Shown here: piece after piece, positions 1 through 10,117 of the stretch
Numbering within the stretch: position 1 is the stretch's first letter
Layout: each line of letters opens with the position of its first letter
Assembly (NCBI GenBank): GCA_023393825.1
Contig: JAEXBW010000012.1
Location: forward strand, 1 to 43,805
Origin: Elusimicrobiota bacterium
GTDB lineage: Bacteria; Elusimicrobiota; Elusimicrobia; Elusimicrobiales; Elusimicrobiaceae
Direction of reading: 5' to 3'
DNA: 43,805 bases
The notes under the pieces: generated by a model
The model's input: the letters and a program-made list of their open reading frames with translations, nothing else
Database searches by the model: none
What the model was told of the DNA's origin: nothing
Translations under genes and position numbers: made by a program

Positions 1-587
1 AAAAACAGGCGGCAGCCGCCGTCGGGCAAATAGAACTTTCAACTATGTATCAGCAAATCTTGGGCATTAAAAAAATAAATGCCGCCCAAGTGCTTTTAAC
101 GCAGGAAAACGCCAACGACGAACACACCTTTATCAATGCCGTTGCCACGCTTAAAACCCTTTTAGAAATGAACGCCGTCCCTATAATTAACGAGAATGAC
201 ACCGTTACAGCCGAAGAAATTAAATTTGGCGATAATGACCGCCTTAGCGCGGTTGTTGCGCAAATGGTTGGCGCGGATATATTAGTTTTACTTTCCGACA
301 TTGACGGCCTCTACGCCGAAGACCCCAAAGAAAACCCGAAAGCTAAATTTTACCCCGTTATCAAAAAAATCACGCCAGAAATTGAGCAAATGGCCTCGCC
401 CACAAAAACGGCTTTAGGCACCGGCGGTATGAAAAGCAAACTTATGGCGGGGCAAATTTGCCTTGGCATAGGGTGCAATATGGTTATAACCACGGGTAAA
501 GAACTTTACCCCGTGCGCCGCCTTGTCAGCGGGCAAAAATGCACTTGGTTTACGGCGGAGGAGAAGAATGCTACAACAGTTAATTAA
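1..587 (+). CDS. proB: Glutamate 5-kinase, 5'-truncated by the window edge (reading frame starts at nt 3)
   Basis: The frame is open from the window start (KQAAAAVGQIEL...) to the stop at 585-587. Kinase-fold motifs are present: NENDTV, FGDNDRLSA, GTGGMKSK. proA and proC follow directly. No PUA domain follows the kinase domain. Confidence 0.85.
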   Translation, partial: KQAAAAVGQIELSTMYQQILGIKKINAAQVLLTQENANDEHTFINAVATLKTLLEMNAVPIINENDTVTAEEIKFGDNDRLSAVVAQMVGADILVLLSDIDGLYAEDPKENPKAKFYPVIKKITPEIEQMASPTKTALGTGGMKSKLMAGQICLGIGCNMVITTGKELYPVRRLVSGQKCTWFTAEEKNATTVN

Positions 588-1815
588 AAATATAGCCTCC
601 GACGCTAAGGCCGCCTCTCCCGCCCTGGCCTGCGCCTCTGCCGAGCAAAAAAACAATGCACTTATTTTTGCCGCGCAAGAAATAGAAAATAATATCCCGC
701 AAATTTTAGCCGCAAATCAAATTGATTTACAAAATATTACCGCAGGTAAACCTGCTTCTTTTAAAGACAGACTTTTATTAAACGAACAGCGTATTTTGGC
801 GATGTCTAAAGGCTTAAGAGATATTGCCGCATTGCCAGACCCCATCGGCAAAGTGCTTGCAGGCTGGCAGGTGCCGAGCGGGCTTAAGATAGAACGCGTT
901 ACAATCCCACTTGGCGTTTTGTGTGTAATTTTTGAAGCGCGCCCTAATGTGTGCGCCGATGCTTTTGCGCTTTGCCTTAAGGCTGGCAGCGCAACAATAC
1001 TGCGCTGCGGCGGCGATAGTTTTAACTCGTGCGTTGCCATTTTTGACTGTCTTAAAGAAGGCGTTATTAAAGCAGGTCTTCCGCCCGCTTCCGTGCAGCT
1101 TGTTCCCGTTAAAGAACATGAAGCCGTAGACGAACTTTTAAAGCAGGACGCTTATATAGACGTTATTATCCCGCGCGGCGGCAAGAAGCTTATAGAAAAA
1201 GTTTCATCGGGCAAAATACCCACTTTCAAACATTTAAACGGAATTTGCCACACTTATATCCATAAAGATGCCGACGTAGAAATGGCAAAAAAAGTTTTAA
1301 TAAACGCCAAATTAAGACGCACCTCCATTTGCGGCGCGACGGAAACTTTACTTGTTGATAGAGCTTTAGGCGAGCAGAAAATAAAAGATATTATTAATGC
1401 TCTTGCCGACGCTGGTTGCGAAGTCCGCGCAGACGCTTTTATTAAATCTTTTATGCCCAATCTGCCTTGCGCGACGGAGGAAGACTGGGGGACCGAATAT
1501 TTAGACGCCATAATATCGGCCAAAGCGGTTGACGGCGTGGCGCAGGCGTGCGAGCATATCCGCAAATACGGCTCCGACCATACGGAAGCCATAATAACCG
1601 CCAACGCGCAAGCCGCGCAGGAATTTTTAAACACAGTTAATAGCGCGGTTGTTATGCACAATACCTCCACGCAATTTTGCGACGGCGGGGAGTTTGGCAT
1701 GGGCGCGGAGATTGGTATATCAACAGGCAAACTGCACGCGCGCGGCCCCGTCGGCTTAGAACAACTTGTAACCTTTAAATATAAAGTTTACGGCAGCGGA
1801 CAGGTGAGAAAATGA
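568..1815 (+). CDS. proA: Gamma-glutamyl phosphate reductase
   Basis: The ORF spans 523-1815. I prefer the ATG at 568 because GGAGGAG lies at 557-563. This start overlaps the proB stop by 20 nt. Motifs: IIPRGG, a catalytic-Cys region RTSICGATETLLVD, HTEAI and STQFCDGGEFG. Confidence 0.9.
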   Translation: MLQQLIKNIASDAKAASPALACASAEQKNNALIFAAQEIENNIPQILAANQIDLQNITAGKPASFKDRLLLNEQRILAMSKGLRDIAALPDPIGKVLAGWQVPSGLKIERVTIPLGVLCVIFEARPNVCADAFALCLKAGSATILRCGGDSFNSCVAIFDCLKEGVIKAGLPPASVQLVPVKEHEAVDELLKQDAYIDVIIPRGGKKLIEKVSSGKIPTFKHLNGICHTYIHKDADVEMAKKVLINAKLRRTSICGATETLLVDRALGEQKIKDIINALADAGCEVRADAFIKSFMPNLPCATEEDWGTEYLDAIISAKAVDGVAQACEHIRKYGSDHTEAIITANAQAAQEFLNTVNSAVVMHNTSTQFCDGGEFGMGAEIGISTGKLHARGPVGLEQLVTFKYKVYGSGQVRK

Positions 1816-2630
1816 CAAACAATAAAATAATTTTTATGGGCTGCGGAAAAATGGGCGGTGCGCTTTTAAAAGCCTGGTCCGTGGGCGGCCTTGCGGATAA
1901 AAAAGATTTTTTGATTATAGAGCATAATGCCGACCTTGTAAAACTTTACAAAAAGCAGGGTTTTGACAGCGTAACTTCGGCGGAGAAAGCCCCCAAAAAC
2001 ATTACCGCAAAACTTATAGTTTTTGCAGTAAAGCCCAATATTCTTAAAGAAGCTTTAGCGCAGTCCGCGCCGTTTATCGGCAAGCAAACAATAATACTTT
2101 CCATAGCGGCTGGCAAGACGGTAAAATTTATAGAAAGCGCTCTTACGTCCAAATTACCAGTCGTTCGCGTTATGCCAAATATGTGTGTAAGCGAAGGCCT
2201 TGGTGTAAGCGGAATGTTTGCAAATGCCGCCGCAAAAAAAGCGCAAAAAGATTTTTGTTTTAAGCTTATGGCCCAAACGGGTTTATCTTTTTGGGTGGAT
2301 AAAGAAACTGATTTACATATAATAACCGCCGTTAGCGGCAGTAGTCCTGCGTATATTTACAACGCGGCTTTAATGCTTGCCAAAACGGCGGAAAGTTATG
2401 GTATTAAAGAAGATTTGGCGCGCAAAATTGCGGTTAATATTTTGCTTGGTTCCGCTTTGGTTTTTGCCAACGGCGGCACTACGCTGGAAGACGCAATAGC
2501 GCGCATAGCCACACCGGGTGGTACGACAGAAGCCGCCATAAAAACTTTTAATAAAAACGACGCTTTATTTAAACTTTACAGAAAGGCTGCTGCGGCCTGT
2601 ATAAAACGCTCTGAAGAACTAGGCAAATAA
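1812..2630 (+). CDS. proC: Pyrroline-5-carboxylate reductase
   Basis: ATGA overlap with proA. N-terminal Rossmann motif GCGKMGGAL and a C-terminal P5CR signature TPGGTTEAAI. Confidence 0.85.
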   Translation: MTNNKIIFMGCGKMGGALLKAWSVGGLADKKDFLIIEHNADLVKLYKKQGFDSVTSAEKAPKNITAKLIVFAVKPNILKEALAQSAPFIGKQTIILSIAAGKTVKFIESALTSKLPVVRVMPNMCVSEGLGVSGMFANAAAKKAQKDFCFKLMAQTGLSFWVDKETDLHIITAVSGSSPAYIYNAALMLAKTAESYGIKEDLARKIAVNILLGSALVFANGGTTLEDAIARIATPGGTTEAAIKTFNKNDALFKLYRKAAAACIKRSEELGK

Positions 2631-4135
<1,505 letters not shown>

Positions 4136-4136
<1 letters not shown>

Positions 4137-5668
4137 TGCAAAAAGAAATTATTTTAGTTTGTGATTTTTGCGGGCAATACAACCAGTTAATAGCGCGCCG
4201 TGTAAGAGAACTTGGCATATATTCGGAAGTTGTGCCATTTACCAAAATACTGGCAAAGGCAAAAGAACTTAAGCCTAAAGGTATTATCTTTACGGGCGGT
4301 CCCGCCAGCGTGTACGAAAAGGGCGCACCGTCGGTAGAAAAAGAACTTTTTGAACTTAATATTCCTGTACTGGGTATTTGTTACGGTGCGCAGCTTACCG
4401 CGCAAGTTTTAGGCGGCAAGGTATTAAGCCCCAAATTTAAAGAATACGGCAGTGTGGAACTTAGCATAAACGCCAAAAGCAAATTATTTAAAGGCGTACC
4501 AGCCAAAAGCATTTGCTGGATGAGCCATCGCGATTATGTAGGCACGTTGCCGAAAGGTTTTAAAGTTACCGCTAAGACGGAACTTTGCCCTGTTGCCGCT
4601 ATGGAAGCGGAAGATAAAAATATTTACGCCCTGCAATTTCACCCCGAAGTTTTGCACACAAAATACGGCGGTAAGATGTTGGAAAATTTCTTAAAAAATA
4701 TTTGCGCCTGCGCCGGCGATTGGAAGATGGAAAGTTTTTCCGCCCGCGAGATAGAAAATATAAAAAAGACAGTTGGCAATAAAAAGGTGCTTTGTGCTTT
4801 TTCGGGCGGGGTAGATTCCGCCGTGGCGGCTGTTCTTGTGCATAAAGCCATAGGTAAAAACCTTACCTGCGTGTTTGTGGACCACGGTCTTATGCGCCAT
4901 AACGAAGGCGACGAAGTTGAACAAACTTTTAAAAAGCAATTTAAGCTTAACCTTATTCGCGTAAATGCGGGCAAACAGTTTTTGGCCAAGCTTAAAGGCA
5001 TAGCCGACCCTGAGCAAAAGCGTAAAATAATCGGCGCGGAATTTATAAAAGTTTTTAATAAAGAAGCCAAAAAACTGGGCAAGATTGACTTCCTTTTACA
5101 AGGTACAATTTACCCCGATGTTATTGAAAGCGGCTTAGGCGATTCCGCCGTCATAAAAAGCCATCATAACGTAGGCGGACTTCCAAAGAATATGAAGTTA
5201 AAATTATTAGAGCCGCTTCGCCCCTTATTTAAAGACGAAGTGCGCGCGCTCGGCGAAGAACTTGGCATACCCAAACATATCGTTTGGCGTCAGCCCTTCC
5301 CAGGCCCAGGCCTTGCGGTGCGTTGCCTTGGCGAAATTACGGAAGAGAAACTTAAAATTATTCGCCTTTCCGACGCTATTTTTAGGGAAGAAATTGCCAA
5401 AAATAATTTGGACAGAGAAATTTGGCAGTATTTCACCTTCCTGCCTAATATCAAAAGCGTCGGCGTTATGGGCGACAGCAGAACATACTTTCACACCGTC
5501 GGCATAAGGGCTGTAACCTCCACCGATGCTATGACCTGCGACTGGGCTAAAATTCCTTTCCCCGTGCTGGATAAAATATCTTCACGCATTGTTAATGAGG
5601 TGGAAGGGGTGAGCAGGGTGGTATATGATATAACCTCCAAACCTCCCGCCACCATCGAATGGGAGTAG
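4136..5668 (+). CDS. guaA: GMP synthase (glutamine-hydrolysing)
   Basis: GATase-1 Cys motif [12 protein letters not shown], the ATP-pyrophosphatase P-loop SGGVDSAV, and the C-terminal PPATIEWE. The start overlaps the guaB stop by 1 nt. Confidence 0.95.
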
Positions 5669-5828
5669 TCTTTTGCGATAATACGGCGTTGCTTCGTCAG
5701 TCGGATACGCGGGGGCGCCGCCCCGCTCGAGGTATACCTCCTTCCTTGCGCCTTGTCTTATCGCAAAATACCAAAGAAAGAGGAGACAGCAACTTTATAA
5801 ATTAATAGAACAAGTAAAATATAAAAAA

Positions 5829-5862
5829 TAAAAAAGCCGCTTACAAAAGTAAGCGGCTTTTA
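5829..5862. terminator. Bidirectional rho-independent terminator between convergent guaA and the permease gene
   Basis: A 10-bp stem AGCCGCTTAC / GTAAGCGGCT with loop AAAA. An A-run lies on the left and a T-run on the right. Confidence 0.85.
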
Positions 5863-5886
5863 TCATTTGTCTTTCAACTTTAAAAC

Positions 5887-7464
5887 TTAGGCATTGCCTT
5901 CTTGCCCTACGGCTGCTGCAGCGTCAGCGGCTTCTGTTTCCACATTAGCGTGCTGCGTGCTGTGTTTAATGCCGTATGCAAAGTAAACGCCTATGCCTAT
6001 GGCCATCCATATCAAAAGTCGCAGCCATGTCATAAGCGGAAGGGACGTCATTTGTACCAGACAAATTATAACGCCCATTATAGGCACAAAAGGCACCAGC
6101 GGTGTTTTGAACGGTCTGGGGCGGTCGGGCTGGGTATGGCGCAGTCGCCAAATGCCAAGGCACACTAAAGTAAAAGCCAATAAAGTGCCTATGGAAACCA
6201 TTTCTCCCAAAATACCTATCGGCAAAAAGCCTGCAAGTATCATTGCTATTATGCCCGTTACTATTGTTGTAACGTGCGGCGTTTGATATTTTTTATGCAC
6301 TTTGCGGAAGACCGGCGGCAAAAGCCCGTCTTTTGCCATTGCAAAAAATATACGCGGCTGGCCTAAAAGCAAAACCAAAACTACAGAGCTTAAGCCCGCT
6401 ATCGCGCCCAGTTTGATAATGGGGCGCAGCCATAAAAGCGAACTGCCCATAGCGTCAACGCCTACGGCAATAGGGTCAGGTACGTTAAGGAAAGTGTATT
6501 TAACAATACCCGTCAGCACAAGCGCGACTGCTATATAAAGTATCGTGCAGACTACTAAGGAAACTAATATGCCAAGGGGCATATCCCGCTGAGGGTTTTT
6601 AGCTTCCTGCGCCGCGGTGGAAACAGCGTCAAAACCTATGTAGGCAAAAAATACAACGCCTGCGCCGCGCATAATACCGCTCCAGCCGAAGTTACCAAAC
6701 CCTCCGCTGTTTTGCGGGATAAAAGGCGTTAAGTTTTCCGCCTTAATGTATTTGATACCAAGCAGTACAAACAAAAGAACAACACCCACTTTAAGAAAAA
6801 CTATAACATTGTTAAGTCGGCTTGATTCTTTTATGCCAAGCACAAGTAAGGCCGTTAACAGCCCTATGATAAATACGGCGGGCAAGTTTATAATGCCGAC
6901 GGCGTGGGGAAGCATAGCCATATCTATGCCCTGCGCCGCAAGTGCGGAGGCTGTATCAGCCCCAACCGATATCCAGCCCTGGTGCGGCAGCTGCACAAGG
7001 TGCGTGCCTATCGCGTTGCAAATTTGCGGGGGAAGGTATATGCCAAAATCAGCTAAAAAGCTGGTTACATATCCGCTCCAACCAACGGCAACCGTTGACG
7101 CGCCAAAGAGGTATTCCAAAATTAAATCCCAGCCTATAATCCAAGCCAGAAATTCGCCCATAGTGGCATAGGCGTATGTATACGCGCTGCCCGATATCGG
7201 CAACATTGACGAGAACTCCGCATAACAAAGGCCCGCAAAAGCGCAACCTACGGCGGAGATGACAAAGGATAATATAATCCCCGGTCCCGCGTACTGTGCG
7301 GCGGCTTGGCCCGTAAGCACAAATATGCCAGCGCCAATAATGCAGCCTATGCCTAAAAAGATAAGGTCCATAGGGCCTAATATTTTTTTAAGTGAACCGC
7401 TTTTTTCGTTTGATTGGCGCATAATACTATCCACGGACTTAAGCGCCAAGAGTTTTTCTTTCAT
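5887..7464 (-). CDS. Amino acid permease (APC superfamily, about 12-14 TM)
   Basis: A 525-aa polytopic membrane protein with an APC-type N-terminus (LGPMDLIFLGIGCIIGAGIFVLTG) and a later FxAYIGFD motif. SD GGAGGAA lies upstream of the ATG. Confidence 0.9.
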   Translation of the reverse strand: MKEKLLALKSVDSIMRQSNEKSGSLKKILGPMDLIFLGIGCIIGAGIFVLTGQAAAQYAGPGIILSFVISAVGCAFAGLCYAEFSSMLPISGSAYTYAYATMGEFLAWIIGWDLILEYLFGASTVAVGWSGYVTSFLADFGIYLPPQICNAIGTHLVQLPHQGWISVGADTASALAAQGIDMAMLPHAVGIINLPAVFIIGLLTALLVLGIKESSRLNNVIVFLKVGVVLLFVLLGIKYIKAENLTPFIPQNSGGFGNFGWSGIMRGAGVVFFAYIGFDAVSTAAQEAKNPQRDMPLGILVSLVVCTILYIAVALVLTGIVKYTFLNVPDPIAVGVDAMGSSLLWLRPIIKLGAIAGLSSVVLVLLLGQPRIFFAMAKDGLLPPVFRKVHKKYQTPHVTTIVTGIIAMILAGFLPIGILGEMVSIGTLLAFTLVCLGIWRLRHTQPDRPRPFKTPLVPFVPIMGVIICLVQMTSLPLMTWLRLLIWMAIGIGVYFAYGIKHSTQHANVETEAADAAAAVGQEGNA

Positions 7465-7706
7465 AATTCCTCCGGCTACTGCAACACTTTTAATTTTTAT
7501 TTTTGAGATTGGTGGAACTGCTTAGAAGTTAGTTTGAGGGTGTGTACCTTATATCTTTTTTACTTAAACAATATATTGTAACTGCTTTGTTGTAAACTCT
7601 GCATTCGGCATTTTGCGCGGCCGAGCGGCGGTATAACAAAAGCGTAAATATATACATGCCGTAATGCTTTCTGTAAAAGCATTCCAAAACCGCCTTGCTT
7701 TAGTTA

Positions 7707-7785
7707 AAAACTTATAACCCGCTCGGCTGCCGGCGCGGTGTGCGCAGGCCAATTAATATAACAGTATAATTATATTATTTTTTAA
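7707..7785. repeat. Copy A of a 79-bp intergenic repeat with a GC-rich core followed by TATAAT
   Basis: Sequence AAAACTTATAACCCGCTCGGCTGCCGGCGCGGTGTGCGCAGGCCAATTAATATAACAGTATAAT... It is nearly identical to 20784-20862, with a few mismatches. Confidence 0.9.
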
Positions 7786-7973
7786 CGGTGTGGGAAATAT
7801 TTTTTAAAATACTAATCTACCCTGTTTTATTACTCTTTAAACAGATTTGTGTTGTATATGTATGGAAATTTAATAATATAATCGTATGGATTGTTATAAT
7901 ATTTTGTATAAAGTCTTATAATTAGTACAAATATTTAAGTCTGCCACAAACGGAGCCGATAAAGGAGAGATGT

Positions 7974-8708
7974 ATGAATAATATTTATGCCGGTTTTTGG
8001 AAAAGAGCATTAGCCATTTTTATTGACCAAGTTATTTTAGTTGTTATATTGTTTGTGCCGGTATTGGGGGGAATTATTCTTCCTAAAGCTATTGTTAGTC
8101 TTGTTTTTCTATTTTATTTTATTCTTATGGAAAGTTCTCCTTTGCAAGCAACTGTGGGCAAGTTAATGTTGGGTATAAAAGTTGTAGACGGAGACGGGAA
8201 AAAGATTTCTTTTTTTAGGGCATTTTTTAGAACTATTTCAAAGATATTATCTTCTGTTTTATTTATAGGTTATATTATTGCCGCTTTCACACAAAAGAAA
8301 CAAGCCTTGCACGATTTATTAAGCGGCTGCCTTGTTATAAACCAAGATGCCGAGAGGTTTTTTGCAAAAGATTCTATATACAGCAGGAGGACGGAAATTT
8401 CCGCCAGGGATTACACCCAGGGCTTATCACCGCTTATGGCGGCTGTTATTGAAGGCGACAATCATAAAATAAGTCAGCTGGGGGCTGCTTCAGCTAATAT
8501 TAACGAGGTAAACCCATCAACGGGAACAAATGCTTTATGGATGGCGGCATCTTTCGGTAATCTTGAAGCGGTTAAAACTCTGATTGAATGCGGCGGTGAT
8601 CTTACAAATACCAATAAGGACGGCATTAGCGTTAAAGAATCCGCCAGACAGCGCGGATATGACGATATTGTTAAACTAATTGAAGAGTATCAATTTAAAT
8701 CTCATTAA
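7974..8708 (+). CDS. RDD-family membrane domain fused to C-terminal ankyrin repeats
   Basis: N-terminus YAGFWKRALAIFIDQVIL plus three hydrophobic segments and ALHDLLSGCLVI (RDD-type). The C-terminus has ankyrin-like repeats (SPLMAAVIEGDNHKI..., TNALWMAASFGNLEAVKTLIECGGDLTNTNKDG). SD AAGGAGAG lies upstream. Confidence 0.8.
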   Translation: MNNIYAGFWKRALAIFIDQVILVVILFVPVLGGIILPKAIVSLVFLFYFILMESSPLQATVGKLMLGIKVVDGDGKKISFFRAFFRTISKILSSVLFIGYIIAAFTQKKQALHDLLSGCLVINQDAERFFAKDSIYSRRTEISARDYTQGLSPLMAAVIEGDNHKISQLGAASANINEVNPSTGTNALWMAASFGNLEAVKTLIECGGDLTNTNKDGISVKESARQRGYDDIVKLIEEYQFKSH

Positions 8709-8738
8709 TTGTTTCCTTACTATCTCTTTGACTTAGCT

Positions 8739-8792
8739 CCAAATATAAATAAAAAACCGCCCTTGCGGGCGGTATATGTTTCAAATATGGCG
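8739..8792. repeat. Copy 1 of the terminator-hairpin / ATGGCG repeat family. It serves as a bidirectional terminator between convergent genes.
   Basis: Sequence CCAAATATAAATAAAAAACCGCCCTTGCGGGCGGTATATGTTTCAAATATGGCG. Stem CCGCCC/GGGCGG with an A6/T6 run. Confidence 0.85.
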
Positions 8793-8853
8793 AAGAGGAA
8801 CATTTTAGCAATAATATTATGTTCGTAACTTCTTTTGCTTTTTTAGAAATATA

Positions 8854-9327
8854 TTATAGCGGTATTGTCGGATCTTGGCCTTTTGCGTAAAATATTTCTC
8901 TCGTATCAACAAAGAATATTTTTTTGTTTTTCTCGTCAAAATAAATGCGGAAGCTATTCTTAATATATTGTTTGGGGTCAAAATCAAATTTATGGCTTTT
9001 ATATTCTTTGCCATCTGGTGTTTTTACAATAATGGTAAAGCTCTTTTTCCCTCTGTAAGTTGCTTCCATAATATCGGCAAAAACAGCTTCTTCAAATAAA
9101 TTGGAAGTTATCAAGCGGTTTGGGCGCGTTAATATCTTGGAAATTATAGCGTAGCCAGCACTGTCTGCAATAATCATAAAAATACAAAATATAGAAAATA
9201 TTTCTATAATTTCTTTCTCAAAATCTAAGAAATAAAACAAAGTTGTTAGTAATGCAAGGATTAATATCCCTGCAATAAGAGCAAACTTTATAAACTTAAG
9301 GATTGGTATTTTATAGGAGGGATTCAT
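8854..9327 (-). CDS. Hypothetical small membrane protein (two N-terminal TM segments)
   Basis: A 157-aa ORF with SD AAGGAGAAA upstream of the ATG. Hydrophobic N-terminal half, AT-rich, no recognisable family. Confidence 0.55.
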   Translation of the reverse strand: MNPSYKIPILKFIKFALIAGILILALLTTLFYFLDFEKEIIEIFSIFCIFMIIADSAGYAIISKILTRPNRLITSNLFEEAVFADIMEATYRGKKSFTIIVKTPDGKEYKSHKFDFDPKQYIKNSFRIYFDEKNKKIFFVDTREIFYAKGQDPTIPL

Positions 9328-9416
9328 ATTGTTTCTCCTTGGGTACTTGTCTTGGCAAAATATTTACAGGTTAATTATATAAAATTTACAAGAATGCGCA
9401 GAAAAAGGTAAAACAT

Positions 9417-9553
9417 AAAAAACATCGCTGCGCCTCAGGGGTGCGCTTACGCACTTCTCATCCCTACGAAAGCCAAGCAGCTGGCTTTCTTTGCCGCCGC
9501 CAAATATAAATAAAAAACCGTCCTTGCGGGCGGTATATGTTTCAAATATGGCG
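9417..9553. repeat. Copy 2 (long form) of the hairpin / ATGGCG repeat family
   Basis: It begins AAAAACATCGCTGCGCC, contains the hairpin GAAAGCCA-AGCAGC-TGGCTTTC, and ends with the same 54-bp core as copy 1. Confidence 0.85.
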
Positions 9554-9655
9554 TTTTATGATTGTTCGCCTTCCGATAATTTTACTGACGTAAAATTTCT
9601 GCAGGCCGGGCTCGCGGTTTTTGCCTTTCGCCGCCAAACGTCCCGCGGCTCAAAC

Positions 9656-9804
9656 AAAAACATCGCTGCGCCTTTCTCATCCCGACGAAAGCCAAGCAGT
9701 TGGCTTTCTTTGACTCCGCCGCCAAATACAAATAAAAAACCGCCCTTGCGGGCGGTATATGTTTCAAATATGGCGGAGTGCCCAGGTAATGTAGCTGTAT
9801 GCTT
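9656..9804. repeat. Copy 3 (long form with right extension) of the hairpin / ATGGCGGAG repeat family
   Basis: Same left arm as copy 2. It contains TTGACTCCGCC (9711-9721), identical to the 3' acceptor end of tRNA-Asp. The core ends TGGCGGAGTGCCCAGGTAATGTAGCTGTATGCTT, as in copy 4. Confidence 0.85.
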
Positions 9805-9820
9805 ACCTTCCCCCCGTCTC

Positions 9821-9965
9821 AAATTCCCTAAAAAACAGGCAATTTACAGGGAAAATCGCATATTTTAGGCCATTTTAGCCGCTTCGTAACTATTTTTAAG
9901 CGAAATCTTCCTGTACAAATCTTTTGAGCTCAAAAAAATTCCCTGCGCAACTTAACAGGGAATTA
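9821..9965. repeat. Paired-hairpin module, locus A
   Basis: AAATTCCCT-N-AACAGGCAATTTACAGGGAAAAT at 9821-9856 and AATTCCCT-GCGCAACTTAAC-AGGGAATT (a perfect 8-bp stem) at 9937-9964. Homologous to 28361-28482. Confidence 0.7.
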
Positions 9966-9985
9966 AAAATAGATATCAGTGAAAA

Positions 9986-10117
9986 TTAACGAGCAGCTAA
10001 CTCTTTTTCTAGTTTTGTTATTTCAGCTTTACACCATTTTATACTGCATTGTAGTTGTTTTTCAGTCATCTCTGTTCTTTTAACCTTTCTGCCGCATATT
10101 CTGCAAGGGTTACTCAT
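9986..10117 (-). CDS. Possible 43-aa CxxC...CxxxC small protein
   Basis: Translation MSNPCRICGRKVKRTEMTEKQLQCSIKWCKAEITKLEKELAAR. AGGA lies about 10 nt upstream of the ATG. It is too short for the ORF track. Confidence 0.3.
   Translation of the reverse strand: MSNPCRICGRKVKRTEMTEKQLQCSIKWCKAEITKLEKELAAR

Noticed and set aside
7465-7706. A riboswitch or T-box leader for the amino-acid permease on the minus strand.
   Set aside because: An 8-bp hairpin (AATGCTTT...AAAGCATT) is present. I could not recognise any conserved riboswitch core (lysine, glycine, SAM, TPP, T-box) by eye. A covariance-model scan would be needed to settle it.
7564-7752. The track ORFs on the minus strand beginning MACAHRAGSRAG (7564-7752 and 20512-20829).
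   Set aside because: Both start inside the GC-rich core of the 79-bp repeat. The second is antisense to the well-supported adenylating-enzyme gene. They are artefacts of the repeat.
8739-9775. Three copies of a 54-bp hairpin repeat within about 1 kb, which could suggest a CRISPR array.
   Set aside because: The spacing is irregular (761 and 222 bp). The units are longer than CRISPR repeats and carry an A/T-run terminator structure. Copies 2 and 3 belong to a larger duplicated unit. No cas genes are present.
9769-9850. A possible tRNA or tmRNA on the minus strand, ending ...GGGCACTCCGCCA. The same applies at 22511-22600.
   Set aside because: Only the last 8-9 nt resemble a tRNA acceptor end. 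No T-arm (GTTCGAATC-type) and no cloverleaf can be folded from the upstream sequence.
9491-9868. The track ORF on the plus strand (125 aa) and its overlapping minus-strand ORFs at 9556-9822 and 9582-9767.
   Set aside because: The translation simply repeats PPPN[IT]NKKP[SP]LRAVYVSNMA because it reads through the tandem repeat units. There is no SD and no coding-like composition.
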